The position numbers and the translations under genes are program-made. Below are positions 1-12,462 of a stretch of 52,670 nt of DNA, one piece after another. A model generated the notes under the pieces. The model had not been told where the DNA came from. It was given only the letters and a program-made list of their open reading frames with translations, and did not search any database. The DNA lies in contig NC_068992.1 of NCBI RefSeq assembly GCF_001194135.2, forward strand, positions 1,798,888 through 1,851,557, written 5' to 3'. Within the stretch, counting starts at the first letter, position 1. Each line of letters opens with the position of its first letter. This DNA comes from Octopus bimaculoides (taxonomy: Eukaryota).

Positions 1-31
<31 letters not shown>

Positions 32-79
32 AGAGAGAGAGAGAAAGAAACATCGAGTGACATAAGAAAGTTAGAGTGA

Positions 80-1700
80 GAATGATGTGTTTGCACTAAT
101 GATAGTAACGTCAAAATGGAAAATATATTTATGGTCTGCCAGCCAGATAGTAGAGAGTTACATGAAATCAGAAAAGGGTAAAAATAATTCAATATAAATT
201 CCAAGTAGCTGAATGATGTCACAGGCCTTGCTTACTGTGAAAGTGATATTGCATTTTGACATCGCTGACATTTTGTAACTTTAATAATTCTTCCCAGCAA
301 TTGGTCACTTCGAGTTCAGAAGGGTTACTGCACCAAAGTGGAGGAGACAATGTATCAGGAAGGAATGGCCGTAGGATATCCTCAATCAATTGCCTTAAGT
401 GAGCAGAAAAGATTATTATAATCCCTCTAATTATTCATCTTGCAAGTTGTCCAACATGTGAATTTAAACGGGCTGAGATCTGAAAATGTTTATCTCATAT
501 AATGTCAATTTAAATATAAAACATTGATGGACACTTAGCAGTAGTTGAGTGTTTTGCGCATTCATGCATTAACTTATTAAGATCATTGAAATTGTGATTA
601 TGTCACTCAGAAAAAAAGAAACGATAACAGGATTTGCTTGGGCGAATCAGATAGTAGAGTGCTTTGAAAAAATATTCGAGTATGTTATGAAATAAAAGAG
701 ACATTTTTCTTTTTCAAAATGCACTTTAGCGGTAGGAAATGTACACATTTCCTAATTATCAGGGCACAGTTCATGGAAAATAGTAAGATAAAGAATTCTA
801 ATCTTAATTTGTTTACTGTCTGGATATCCTAATGTAATGCATCGTTAAACCAGTTGCTAATACATTTCGATACTACATAATGTTGAAGGGACACGAAGGG
901 AATTATGAAAGGGTGCAAAATTTCCAGAGTAAAGAGAAATGATAAACGGCTGTATCTACCAACCACATCATGCCCTCCTTTAGATGTGCAAGCAACAATA
1001 AAGGTTAATGAGATGTTATGCTCGTTAAAATGGCTTCAATATTTCTAAAATATTACCTTTTGAGTCAAGCAGCAGTCTGATCAATAAACAACCTTTCGTA
1101 ATATGGTTGAAGGATTTTATTGAAAATAACAGAATAAAAACTATCACTAAGCATTGATTGACCTCAGCTGTTGACTCATTTACTTGTTTAAAAACTTCTG
1201 AGCTCTTAAAGATATCAATGAAATTATGTTTGATATCGATGGCCGTTTCAGCTATATGACGAGTAATTGTATGGTTACTGAACGGAATTATCCTGATAAT
1301 GATTTCAGTTGGTTCATGCATTACATCTGGAAGAACGTAAAGAAACGTTTCTTTTTTAATATGGAACTTGGCAGCTTTTACATTGAATAAGGCATTGTTG
1401 CATGCCGTAAACATAGCATGATTTTGTGTAACAATTTTCTTCTGAAATAGTGAAATCAATGTGTGTTTTCTACTTTTTTTAGTTAAATCTTAATTGGCAT
1501 CACTTATAACATATAATCATTGACCTTCTCATCATGCTTACAATGTAAATATTAATTCATATGTGAAACATTTGTATCTACCTTGCTCAATGGATTTGCT
1601 CAACATAGGACAAAAGAAACAAGATCTAATCGACTGCTGTGAAATGAAAGACTAAACCCGTAAGTTAAATAATCACTATTCTTTGGTGACAACTGTTGTT
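80..1700 (-). mobile_element. Decayed hAT (Buster/Charlie, ZBED8/SCAND3-like) DNA transposase relic
   Basis: ORF 1025-1459 reads IIPFSNHTITRHIAETAIDIKHNFIDIFKSSEVFKQVNESTAEVNQCLVIVF, matching the remembered Buster pattern IPLSN.T..RRI..MA.DI...L..S..F.LQLDESTD..N...LLVFV. SDYLTYGFS at 1651-1677 matches the N-terminal YLKYGFT. IVACTSKGGHDVVGRYSRL near 950-1000 matches V.V.TDGAPAMVG. LYYLAG..IFSILTLLSLVQ near 80-160 resembles LAYLADIF..LN.L...LQG. Many stops and frameshifts; no TIR confirmed. Confidence 0.75.
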
Positions 1701-2239
1701 TTCCAACAGAGGCATTGGAATGTTTAGAGTCTTATAATAATCAATGAAAATGATGGCTAACTCAATTACAAAACTTTGCATATTCAACAGTTAATTTAAA
1801 TAACACTGTTATAATGTGCCAGTGTATATTTACATATAAATTTCCTGTCTGCAAATTTTGAAGATAATAAAGCAGTGAAAAAATCGGAAGTAAGTGAGAC
1901 TTATAGCGTGGAAAGAGAGCAAGTCAGTCCCATAAAACTTTGGATGTGGACGTTTGTTCATTTTTGAAGAATGACGTAAAACGATTTCTTGGAAATTGAC
2001 AAAAATACTTGAAGATTAACAATATGAAAGTAAGAAGATATTTGGGACCATGAAAGAGCTGTGCAAATGTCTGTAAATATATATGTGTGATTTTAGGAGT
2101 TAGGAGTGGTTAAGGTTTTCAGTATGTCAAAGAAAATATAATTCTGATGTATAAGAACATCTGAAATAAGAATCAACCCTATTAAGCCATACGAAAAGAA
2201 TTTCAGATCCCAGGAAAACAGATACGTATTGGCCGCCTA

Positions 2240-2420
2240 TTTCAGCCAAGAGTTTTAAGGGAAGGGTGTCGGTCGATATCAACAAGCCCGTTAATTGATG
2301 GCAACTGTAATTTATCGACCCTGAAAGGCGCGGAGTCTAATTTTAGAGTATACATTGCCGGAAGAAATGTGTTTAGCCACTTATTTCGACGCACTAATGA
2401 CTCTTCCAGCTCCTCGTCTT
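2240..2420 (-). mobile_element. SINE family A copy (tRNA-derived head), strongly diverged
   Basis: Reverse-strand similarity to the better-preserved copies at 14682 and 29078 (aatttatcgaccctgaaagg; gcactaatgactcttccagctcctcgtctt). Confidence 0.65.
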
Positions 2421-2429
2421 GAAGCAGAT

Positions 2430-2693
2430 AATCATAATGATACCAGAGCGTTGGGTTCAATAGTACGAAATCTGAAGAAGCATCTGGAATCATTAGACAT
2501 AGCCTAAAACTTGGTGTGTTGCAAAAGATTGGCTTTTATTGGAATTGCACGTATATTGTGCAAAGTACTGTCTGTCTGGGCTTCTTGTTGTGACTTGACA
2601 GACAGCACAAACTCCCACTAGACGCATTATCTTCAATCTACAAGATCACGATTTTGGATAGTGTGTGACGACTTTAATAATGATAATAATAAT
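2430..2693 (+). mobile_element. R4/Dong-clade LINE 3' end with (AAT)n tail
   Basis: ALGSIVRNLKKHLESLDI, then a frameshifted LQK..LLG.ARIL.KVLSV-like end: the terminal motif of R4/Dong RLE-type ORFs. Followed by a 3' UTR and aataatgataataataat. Confidence 0.75.
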
Positions 2694-2902
2694 CCTTTCC
2701 ACTAAAGGCACAAGGCCTGAAATTTGTTGAAACTAGTCGATTACATCGATCCCAGTCTTTCATTGTTCCTTAATTTATCAACCCCGAAAGTATGAAAAGC
2801 AGAGTCGACCTCGGCGGAATTTGAACACAGAATGTAGCGATGGGTGAAATACCGTTAAGCATTTCGTCCAGCGCGCTAACGATTCTGCCCGCTCACCGCC
2901 TT
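2694..2902 (-). mobile_element. SINE family A, near full length
   Basis: Reverse complement of head (aaggcggtgagc..gcagaatcgttagc), B-box region (gtgttcaaattccgccgaggtcgac) and tail (ggccttgtgcctttagtggaaaggatt). Confidence 0.9.
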
Positions 2903-2919
2903 AGGATAAATAAATACAA

Positions 2920-3245
2920 TAAATCGGTAACACGAAATAGCCCGGCTATAGAAAGTGAAGATGAAGATAGTGCCGATTATTGCTGAGTCCTTGGGATCAG
3001 TATCATACGGCATCAAGGGGAATATAAAGGAAATTGAAATAGACTGTCCAGTAAAATTGTTACAAAAGATTTGCCTCTTTGGCACGGCCAGTATAATCAG
3101 GGAAATATTAGACAGCTGAAAAGAAAGGATAGCATGGTGCCGTAGGCTGCAGTTGGCAAGAACGTTATGCGTGTAAAACTTCAAGAGCTCCAATAAAAAC
3201 CTATAATAAAGTGAAGTAATAATAACAATAATGATAATGATGATG
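2920..3245 (+). mobile_element. R4/Dong-clade LINE 3' end (second subfamily)
   Basis: EIARL*KVKMKIVPIIAESLGSVSYGIKGNIKEIEIDCPVKLLQKICLFGTASIIREILDS*, then a distinct 3' UTR and an (AAT/GAT)n tail. Confidence 0.85.
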
Positions 3246-3525
3246 AATGAGACAGAAGCTTCGAATGTTAAGCGGTTGTAGTCGTAGAAAAAAAGACGGT
3301 GTCAATAATACCAATGATTGTTGGAGGGTTTAACTGCAGTAAGTAGAGATCTTGAGAAATATATTGACCAAAGAGAGGATGCGATACGGGTTGAATAGTT
3401 GTAGTAAACAGTAGTGTTTGGAATAGATTGAGTATTCGAGAGAGTACTTGATAAATAAGTTGTGTTACTCCAGCTCACTGCTAATGAACAATTGACACTG
3501 TGATACAGTGCCAGGATTAGAAGCC
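3246..3525 (+). mobile_element. R4/Dong-clade LINE 3' end (third subfamily)
   Basis: KTVSIIPMIVGG/AVSRDLEKYIDQREDAIRVE*L**TVVFGID*VFERVLDK*, matching V.IIP.VVGALG.VS..LEK.I...G..IRVE.LQKT.LLGT..ILRRVL. Confidence 0.75.
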
Positions 3526-4530
3526 GAACAAAGAAGGGGTAACAATCAGAAGACGAAAAAATGGGGTGGGCGAAAAGAGGAGGACTTTTAGAAACACTGC
3601 TAACTCAGCCACAGACCGCCCTTTTACGAAACTAAACATGCACCAGCGTTTCACACTTTAACACCCAATCACTCATTTTGTTGAGGTTTCTCTCTTTTAT
3701 GTTTTATTATTTTGAATCTGCAAATATAAAAATACAAAAAACCCTTTCTAGAATATTTTTAATTACAGTTTATAGATATTTTTCTCTAATTAGAAAGTCA
3801 TGTAATTTTCTATGATGTCGTAATTTACAACCATAATCTTTCGTGTGATGTCGGTGGTGAAACTGAAGTATATTCTTTGGTTACATTTATCAGAAAGTAA
3901 AGTGCGTTCAAGATTGAAAGTATTAATACTGTACTGTTTTTTTTAAACGATGTATTACTGTCATTTTATCAACGTTAAATATGATTTTACGAAGGTAAAC
4001 AAAATATGCCTATAAATTTCAATCATAACACACATTGAATGTTATCACTGATTTAAATAAGAAAATAAACCTTACAAGAGATTTGTTTTGTTTGTTTTCC
4101 GCAATCTGTTCGACTTTTCTCCGCGTGCCTTGTAAATATTTGATTTCAGAACATAAAAACCGAGTTGCGTTTCATTTCCAGTGTTTCATAAAACAGTGCG
4201 TGTTTTTAACATGAAACCTCCTTACTTGAATAGTACTTGAAATTATTTGGCTGTGATTTGTTATCTCTCAGCAAAACTGATTGTGTATAATTGTTCGGGG
4301 AAAGCAAATTGAACGAAATGAAAAATTGAAATCCCTCAATTTTAAAAAACTAAAACAAGATATTTTAAACTCTATCGTGTTTACATTCTAACTTGCATGC
4401 TTATTCCCGTTCGGATTATGTCATGAGCATGACAAAATGGAGGATGGTGAAGGTCTGATGAAAAATTGCGTCCTTTGACTATATTACAAGTTTAGCCCGT
4501 TAACTCTCTTTCCCATTAATACTTGATGCA

Positions 4531-4725
4531 AAGTGATGAGTTGGCACATTGCACGCGGGCAAGTTGCTTCGCACCACATCGTCCGTTCTTACGTTGAGAA
4601 CGTTAAATTCCGCCAAGGTCGATTGTGCCTTCCCTCCTTTCAGGATTGATAAAATAACTATCGATGTAATCGACTTGCCACTCCCTTTGAACTGCTGGTT
4701 TTTTGCCAAAAGTTGATACTAATAT
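4531..4725 (+). mobile_element. SINE family A, diverged
   Basis: aaattccgccaaggtcgattgtgccttccctcctttcaggattgataaaataa matches the conserved body of the other copies. Confidence 0.8.
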
Positions 4726-6611
4726 TGAAGGTTTTACTCCAAATACCTTGTAAATGGAAATAATATTAAAAAATAATTAATAATATTAATAATTAATGAT
4801 ATTAATAATAATATTAATAATTATTGAAAGAACTGATATCTTCTGAAACAAAAAAAAAATATACATTTTATTTTCTGCCTAACAAAAACCAGAAAATATT
4901 ACAACATATTTCAGGTTTAAAATTGGAATTCCATTTTAACTCATGTAATTTAATTTTAAAATGGTTACAGTTTCATGAGGCACACTTTAGTGTAAAATAA
5001 AAAGTGCCAACATTCGTAAATAAGAGAAACTGGAAGCTTTCTTTCGAAATATCTGCTTAAAAGGATAAGTATTCGAGTTAGAACTTGAACACTAATACTG
5101 ACCATTAATGTTTCAAAATGCTCGCTATTTCTATCTCATTTGTTCTCCAATCTCAGAGCTGAACAGAAAATGGAATGCAATGATTTGAAGCTGGTATAGC
5201 AAACAATGACCAATATAAATGACTGTCTTTCCACAGAAATCCATTCTTGAAAAGAAAATTGGTGAATGTTGAACGAATAATTTATGAAAATATAAGTGGG
5301 CAAAATAGAATGCAGGATAGAAGTTAGATAAAAATGTAATAAAAATTAGTTATAAAAACTTCAAATTGTGTAGGAAATAGATGACTACGTTATCAATTCC
5401 TTTACCAACCTCTGACCAAATGTCTTATGCAATACCAAATGTGTAGTGACAAAGGCTTACAAGAGTAACCCTTGCGGATACTCAAATCTCTGATGAATTT
5501 CCCCAGGAATGCAATTCTACTTGTCTAGCACGTGTCACATTTAATCACATACACACGCGCATATATGTACACATATATTAAATAAACATACATATATGTA
5601 AGTTTTATATATGTATAAGTGTTATATATGTATATGGATATGTGTGTGCATGTGTGTACGCGTGTGGGTAAATTGAATTTAGTAAAGTCAGCCTGCTGTG
5701 TCAGATTCTCTTAGTAAATTAAACTTTAGATTTGGGGGCTGGAAATTTCCTGTAAATAGACATAGAAATGAAATATTCCATAAATAGTAGGTAATTTATT
5801 GTATGTACCTGAAGGTGATCTTCCATGTTGAGCATAACTGTAGATTTTTCGATTTATATTTTTTCTTATTTTTATTTGCATATCCATGTAAATATTTAAG
5901 CGTCCACATGATGTAATGAATTAAAAACCAATTTTTTAAATATCTTAACCATGGTTAAGCATATTTAATCTATTAGTAATATATTACATGCAAAAGTATG
6001 ATGTTCATTGCTAAGTATTTAATGTAAGTATATATATGTGGTTTACATAAAAACCCATTGCATCAAATAATCTCATTTAATTAATATATCGATGTTGTTA
6101 ATATATTTTAATATCAAATTTTATCCAATGATATATCTGTTCAAAAATAACGGGAATATATTTATATTTCGCCGTTTAACTATTAGTCTACATATTTTCA
6201 TGCATTGATTTCCAAGCTTTTACGAAATTCCTCTTCAAATATTTCACCTATATGTATCAAAATGGTTCAAACAATTAATCAAATGTAAAAGATATTCACA
6301 TGTAGGTTAATTAATATCCATCACTCACTTCGTCTTCCGTTTCCGCTTCCTATTATATTTTTATGCTAGCTCAGTTGTGTAATGCTTCTAAATTAACACA
6401 AATATTGATTAGCATTTATTGCAGAATATAGGTGCACTATCCTGAGCTAGTAATATGTTTTGGTAATCATTTTCCTTATCGTTGGTTGCTATTATGAAAG
6501 GCTTTCGTTCTTTGCAAAATTGTTAAAACATTCCTCTTTCGTTCCATGTTGATAACTGCCTTCATCTCCGTTATTTATCCATGACTCCTGTCTAAACACA
6601 CGACTGCTTCA

Positions 6612-6664
<53 letters not shown>

Positions 6665-7566
6665 ATCATGTTTAAAACTATAAATAACTACGTTTATACA
6701 TACATTTTACTATAAACGCAATGTCTCACGTATACTTTAGATAGGATCTTTGGGTAACTGTTTGTCATCATTGTTTTACTAATGTTTCAGCTATAAAGAA
6801 AACATTTGTTCATTCAAGACATACCCACATAGTTTAAAAGTCCTATGTCGACTTCTATTCGGATATCATTATAAAATGACAATAAATAAGTACGAGTACC
6901 TTCTCTCGTCGCAATCAGTGCTCAGGGGCAATATGTTAATACTATTCTATATTCCTACTTTTACTGTAACCAAAGAAAGAAGCTGAGAAAAAGTTGAAAT
7001 AATTAGCAATAAATCATACCGCACCAATTATATTAGAAATGTTTACCTACATCTGCAAAGCGGCAGCTAAAAATTGCAAATTCAATTCCACTTACACATA
7101 TTGCAATCTACGGAAATGTAATTCAAAGTGGTGAGACAGTGTTAGTGGTGGTGATGATGGTGTTGATGATGATGATAGTTGTGGTGGTGGTGATGGGCTA
7201 GCATATATTATATTGATCAATTGATGAAGAATTCAAATATGAAATAAAATTAGAACTTAAAAAATACGTTCGTCTTTCGAAAGACCACCCAATTAAGTGG
7301 ATAAATATATATTGAAAATAGATCTTCAAAAAATAATAGGACTAAAAATAATGTGTAATAATAATGAAAATAATAATAATAATGATGATAATGATATAAG
7401 TCACAATTAGCGTTTCGTATTTGCCTGAAAGGCTATAGACGACGGGGGATATTAAGGGACAAATAGTAATAATAATATCAATTTTAATAATTTTAATATA
7501 ATGAATAGTACTAAGAATATTGCCAACAGGATCAACAGCAACAACAGCAGCAATACTAACAATAGT

Positions 7567-7767
7567 TTCCAATTTTAGCACAAGGCCAGCAGTTTTAGTG
7601 ACGGGTTAAATCAATTAGATGAACGCCAGTGCTCGACTGCTACTTATTTCAACAACTCCGGATGGATGAAAGGTAAAGTCGGTTTCTGAGGAATTTCACC
7701 TCAGAAAGCAAAGAAGGATGAAATGCGGCCCAACATTCTGCTAACGATCCTGTAAGCTCGCCGCCTT
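7567..7767 (-). mobile_element. SINE family A, diverged full length
   Basis: gcacaaggcc ... ggatgaaaggtaaagtcgg ... ctaacgatcctgtaagctcgccgcctt is the reverse complement of the family sequence. Confidence 0.85.
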
Positions 7768-7830
7768 AACAACAAGATTAATAATAATATTAATAATAAT
7801 AATGATGATGATGATGATGATGATGATAAT

Positions 7831-8081
7831 GTTTTCTTCTGCTCTAATACTGCGTTCCCATCCAATAAGTACTCTTCCCCTCTTTTTCTTGGTACATACA
7901 GTTTGTCTGTGTCAATTTTGGGGTGGAGTGTCCCATATCTAGTTAGCAACTTACTTGTCTTTCTGTCTAAGCTGTTTAGTTCGTCTACTGTCCATGCGAT
8001 TACCCCTGCTCCATATCTAAGGAGTGAAACCGCCCAGGTGTTGATAGATTCAATCTTATACCGTCCGTTTAATTTCGACTT
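7831..8081 (-). mobile_element. R4/Dong LINE RT C-terminal segment, inverted
   Basis: KSKLNGRYKIESINTWAVSLLRYGAGVIAWTVDELNSLDRKTSKLLTRYGTLHPKIDTDKLYVPRKRG (ORF 7701-8099), the R4/Dong post-RT motif. Confidence 0.9.
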
Positions 8082-8083
8082 AT

Positions 8084-8330
8084 GTAATAATTGGTGCATT
8101 GGGATGTGTAAGCACAGATGTAGACAAATGATTGAAGAGTCAAATGATTGACGGAGATTGGAGCAGAATGCCGTTTAAAAATTCTACAGAAAGTTTGCCT
8201 CTTAGGGACAGGGAATATTATGAGGAGGGACTTAAGCATTTGAAACACTATTGACAGCACGTGGATAGTTAAGGTTGCAGGTAGTAACACGTCAGACATG
8301 TAAATTCTACCAGGATTAAGAATGAACCAG
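8084..8330 (+). mobile_element. R4/Dong LINE 3' end
   Basis: VIIGALGCVSTDVDK*LK ... KILQKVCLLGTGNIMRRDLSI*, then a short 3' UTR and a degenerate AAT tail. Confidence 0.85.
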
Positions 8331-8399
8331 AATCAATTCAATAGTAATAACGTATTTTTTCCTTATTAACCACTAAAGTTTTACAATGACATTGACAAT

Positions 8400-10080
8400 T
8401 GGACAGAATGCCAGAATAGAAATACGATACGGGGGTTAAATAAATTCCTATATCTGTTTTCCATATATTGTATTTTGATCGCTTTTCCTAGCCGAGTTTC
8501 TTCACGCAATTCATTTTATAGTTTAAATTGTATTATCCTTACCTAAGTACTATCTGTGAAAAACATTTCACATGCGTTGGAGTTTGATAATCATTTATTT
8601 GAGCTGGGCTTTCTTTCGTAGAAAACAGACTGTTCCTCGTCATAGTACATCTATTTCTGAGAGTTAAGCAGCGTCTCACAGGGAAGGGATTGCTCGCTAA
8701 ATAGTAACTCCTATTAACGGCAGTGTATCAAACTTTACATTTATGCCCTTCCGACTGTTTTGTTTGAAGTAGCATTTATGGAACTATATCACTGTGTTGC
8801 ATCTCATTTTCTTTTTTTAGTCAAATAATGTTTTCCTATACATACCTGGGCAATTTGGAATCTTTTATGATAAATGCATCTTTTTTTATGTAAAGTTTCT
8901 ATATAAAAATAACGATTCCATAGAAAAATTGATGTATATTTGCGCTCTTTGTTCTTTTTGACTTAGAATATTCTTTAATTGTTTCTCATATATTAACCAT
9001 GGAATACAGCTGTCCCATAAATATCCTGCGATACGAAAACAGTAAGATGCTTAACCATATTGCGGCTCAATACCCACTCGAATTACTTAGCCATGAAACC
9101 TGCTAGTTCTAATACTTATTTTAGGATGTATTATCTTAGTAGTACTGGATATCAGGAAAACTGAATATTATTTGTACTAAGCAGTTATTTTGTCTCTATT
9201 TCCCTTGCAAATGTGTTATATTTAGTATTTCTCTTTTTACTGTATGTATGTGTGTGATTGTGTGTGTGTACGTGTGTGCTTGTGTGTGTGTTTGCGCGTA
9301 TCAGTTGTGAGTTGTGAATTATCCCCAACTGGATGGAAGTGCGGACGTATAGTATATTTCCTTCTCAATTGACATCGCATTGATTATCTTTCTTATTCAT
9401 TCCCCTTCTCTCGTTGAATCTACTCTTTTTATTCTATCGATTGTCAGCCTGATGGTGTGTTCTCTTCTACGTTAGTTTTCCTATTTCTGCTAAATATTTA
9501 ATTCCAGTTTTTTTATACTGAATATTACATTTCGTCATCCCGCTTTCTATTATATAAGGCTAAGCATTTTTTACTGAGATTCCTATCAGAAATACACGCA
9601 GACATTTATCAGTCATGTCCAGCTACATAGGATTTCTCTATCTATTTATCAATAGTTTTTTTTCCTCAATGATTCATGTTTTCCTAAATCTTTTTTGTGA
9701 ATTTTGTATATTAAATGCTTTTGTTTCGTTTTGCTGTAATGGTTTTGTCGTTTCTCTTATTTCTTATCTCGTGCATCTTTCAATTTGATGTAGTAATGAG
9801 TTGCTCGTCTTGATAATTTCCATTGAATTTTACAAATAGTTTGATTTTGTGAAATATTATGAACAGTTACGAGTTCCTCTTATATTCTTCTACTTGCATC
9901 TGGCCGACTTTCCATACATCACATGCCTCTGGTTATCTGACATATCTCTTGTTTGATCAGAAGGCTCCCAATCATTGCCAAGCTCTTCTAGTTATTTCCA
10001 GTTCCTTAATTGGTTAAATTTTCTGTGGTCGTCATAGTGATTACGTTAACATCACAACCTAATCGGTGTCCTTAATAATA
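8400..10080 (-). mobile_element. Heavily decayed RTE-clade LINE (APE C-terminus to RT)
   Basis: Collinear remnants on the minus strand: WEPSDQTR..VMYGKSARCK*KNIRG (about 9870-9985; resembles W.SPDG..NQIDYI...RW.SSV.NVR), AFIIKDS (about 8850; FID.KKAFDS), YLGK....IA*RNSARK (about 8480-8550; YLGS...EI.RRI..A.KAF). Alignments are loose and by eye. Confidence 0.45.
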
Positions 10081-10299
10081 TGTAAATTGTAATACATGTC
10101 ACCTGCAATAACGTCTCCACACCTCACTTTTTTTTCTCCCTTCCCTCAAAAAGATTATTATATTTTGTCTTTTTACTATTGTTCACTAATTTCAACAGAC
10201 AATATCAGATTGTTTACTTTTTAGAATTAGAGGAGGAGGAGGAGGAGGATTGGTCTGCCTGGATAACAAACAATTGTAGAGAAATCTTTAAATGAAATT

Positions 10300-12370
10300 T
10301 TCAACAATATAGTAAATAAAATGATGATGATGTCAGAAGAGGTGACCTAAAAGAGAATAATTGGTGAATGGATCAAAGTCCAAAATATGGACAGAAAGGT
10401 ACGCAGTGACTTCTTCAGACTGACTCGTATTAGTAACATGAATAAAAAAATATCTAATCTGATCAGTGAACGCGACCTTCGAATCGATTCTTAATCGAAA
10501 TGAACTGCCGATCTCATCCTTGAATGAGTTACCCTATGCTACTGCTTCTACTTTCACCTAAATGTGTTGCATAAAACTGAAAACTGAAGTAGAAAATTCT
10601 TATAAAAAGAAGAAAGATATCAAGAGAAAATCGATGCTCTCCCATCTGACACAACTACTCAAAAACGTATTTAATAATCATAATATTTATAGGAAGATAA
10701 TGGGAAAATATGAAATATAGTCTGAAGTGCAATTTAGTTAAGTAATAGAGAAAATTAAAAAAAAGCATAAAATGCAAGGCAAAGCATCGAAAAAAGGACC
10801 ACGTTGTTTAAAGGTAATAATATGTCCAAAGAATCTCTCTCATTCAAACACATTATGTAGGAGTAGCAACATAGAAGGCCCATCAGAATCAGACATACTG
10901 GAGTTTTGGAGTCAAGATGGAATATAACTGTGATGCCTCATGTCCTAACAGACAAAAGCAAGCGGCTGAGCTTATAAAAAAGCAAACATGAGAAGAGATG
11001 AGTGTAGAGGCTATCAGAGCTACATTGAGAAAAGTCCAGTGAATGGACGTCATCCGGTTTTACGACTTTACAAATTTGCTTAAAAGGCTAAACTTACTGT
11101 TACAACGTAATTAGCACGGAACCACAAATAACCAGGAGGGGCTGAACAATGGTGTTACTCTCTCATTCCACAAAAATGATGGAAAAATCCCTCAGGACTA
11201 TGTATCCATAACATGCCTTACAGCACCTTATAACTAAATGTAAGATACCTACAAGTGTCGAAATGGAACGCACGCATGCTGTCATCATTAATAACAGTTT
11301 CCCTGATAAACAGAAATGATACAAACGTGCGTATTGTAGATCACTGGATCAACTGTCAATTAACAAAATGATTAATGATGATTGCAACAACAAGAAAAAA
11401 TCTTCTTGGGATGTGGATAAACTACAAGAAGTACTTTGGTAGTCTTCCTAGAAGCTGGATAACGAAAGGCCTTGAGACATTCAAAATTTCGCCAGTAAGC
11501 AAGTATATTTTTTTTCTCTCGTGTCATGAAGCTGTGAAAAATCGCATTAATTCTCAACACTGACACTACAACTATAAACTCATAAGTCAATATGAATTGT
11601 GAAATCTTCCAAGGAGAGCAATCTTCTCCTTTGTAATTCTGTTTAGTAGAATTTATCCAAAGTACACTCTTGAATGAAATAAATTATAGATAAAAGGTGT
11701 ATAGAAAAAACATCAATCATTTTTTCCATGTGAAAAACTTCAAAGCTTTTATGAAAAACGATCAACAACTTACTTCAAGAATTCCTTTACAAATTCAAAT
11801 AATTTAATGATGACACCAAAATGGAATTTGGGCTTGACGAAGGCGCCAAACTAACATTTCTTGATAGAATAGTATCAAGCGTTTGTAACGTCACTCTATA
11901 TAGTGATGCTGAAGTTAAAAGAAAAAAATTAAAACCCGATGGAATTTTTAAGTATCCATGTGTCTGTGAAGGAGAAGGAATCAAGCAGTGGCCAAAAGAA
12001 AAGACAAGAAAGGTGGGCTGTCGTAGCCATTTTGAAAATAATGCTGAATGCCAAAAACAAAATTGAGAAAAACGGTTATCGATACCTGTAATCACATATA
12101 GATAGTGTTACGAATTGGTTCTTATCTGAAATTAACTAGGTTGATATCAAAATCAGAAAGACGATAAACATGCATCGTCTAAATCATCCAAAAGCTAAAA
12201 TGGACCGAATATATCTACCAAGAAAGAAGGCTGGCCTGGGTTAGTTCAATATCGACTCTCATAGAAAATTGCCCGCTATGGGAACCTTCTACCTACGTGC
12301 AGCAACCAAACAACTGGGTATTAAAGCTAGTTCTGAAATATGAATAATAATAATATGTGTACACCACCGA
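10300..12370 (+). mobile_element. Decayed R4/Dong-clade LINE, about 2 kb of the RT ORF
   Basis: Collinear motifs: SLNELPYATA, DILEFWS, YVSITCL, QLSINKMI, MWINYKKYFGSLPRSWITKGLETFKI, EIFQG..SSP, INHFFHV..FKAF, MEFGLDEG, FKYP..CEGEGIKQ, HPKAKMDRIYLPRKK. Many stops and frameshifts. The 3' end is lost at the (GA)n tract and gap. Confidence 0.9.
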
Positions 12371-12381
12371 CTAGATTATAC

Positions 12382-12418
<37 letters not shown>

Positions 12419-12428
12419 NNNNNNNNNN

Positions 12429-12459
<31 letters not shown>

Positions 12460-12462
<3 letters not shown>

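Noticed and set aside
5750-5808. Tidy 59-nt GT..AG intron on the minus strand
   Set aside because: Very short, the upstream exon has no pyrimidine-rich acceptor, and the joined frames are short and unrecognised.
8543-8553. Apparent 11-nt minus-strand microexon (cag|atagtacttag|gtaagg)
   Set aside because: It coincides with the YLG motif of the putative RTE relic.
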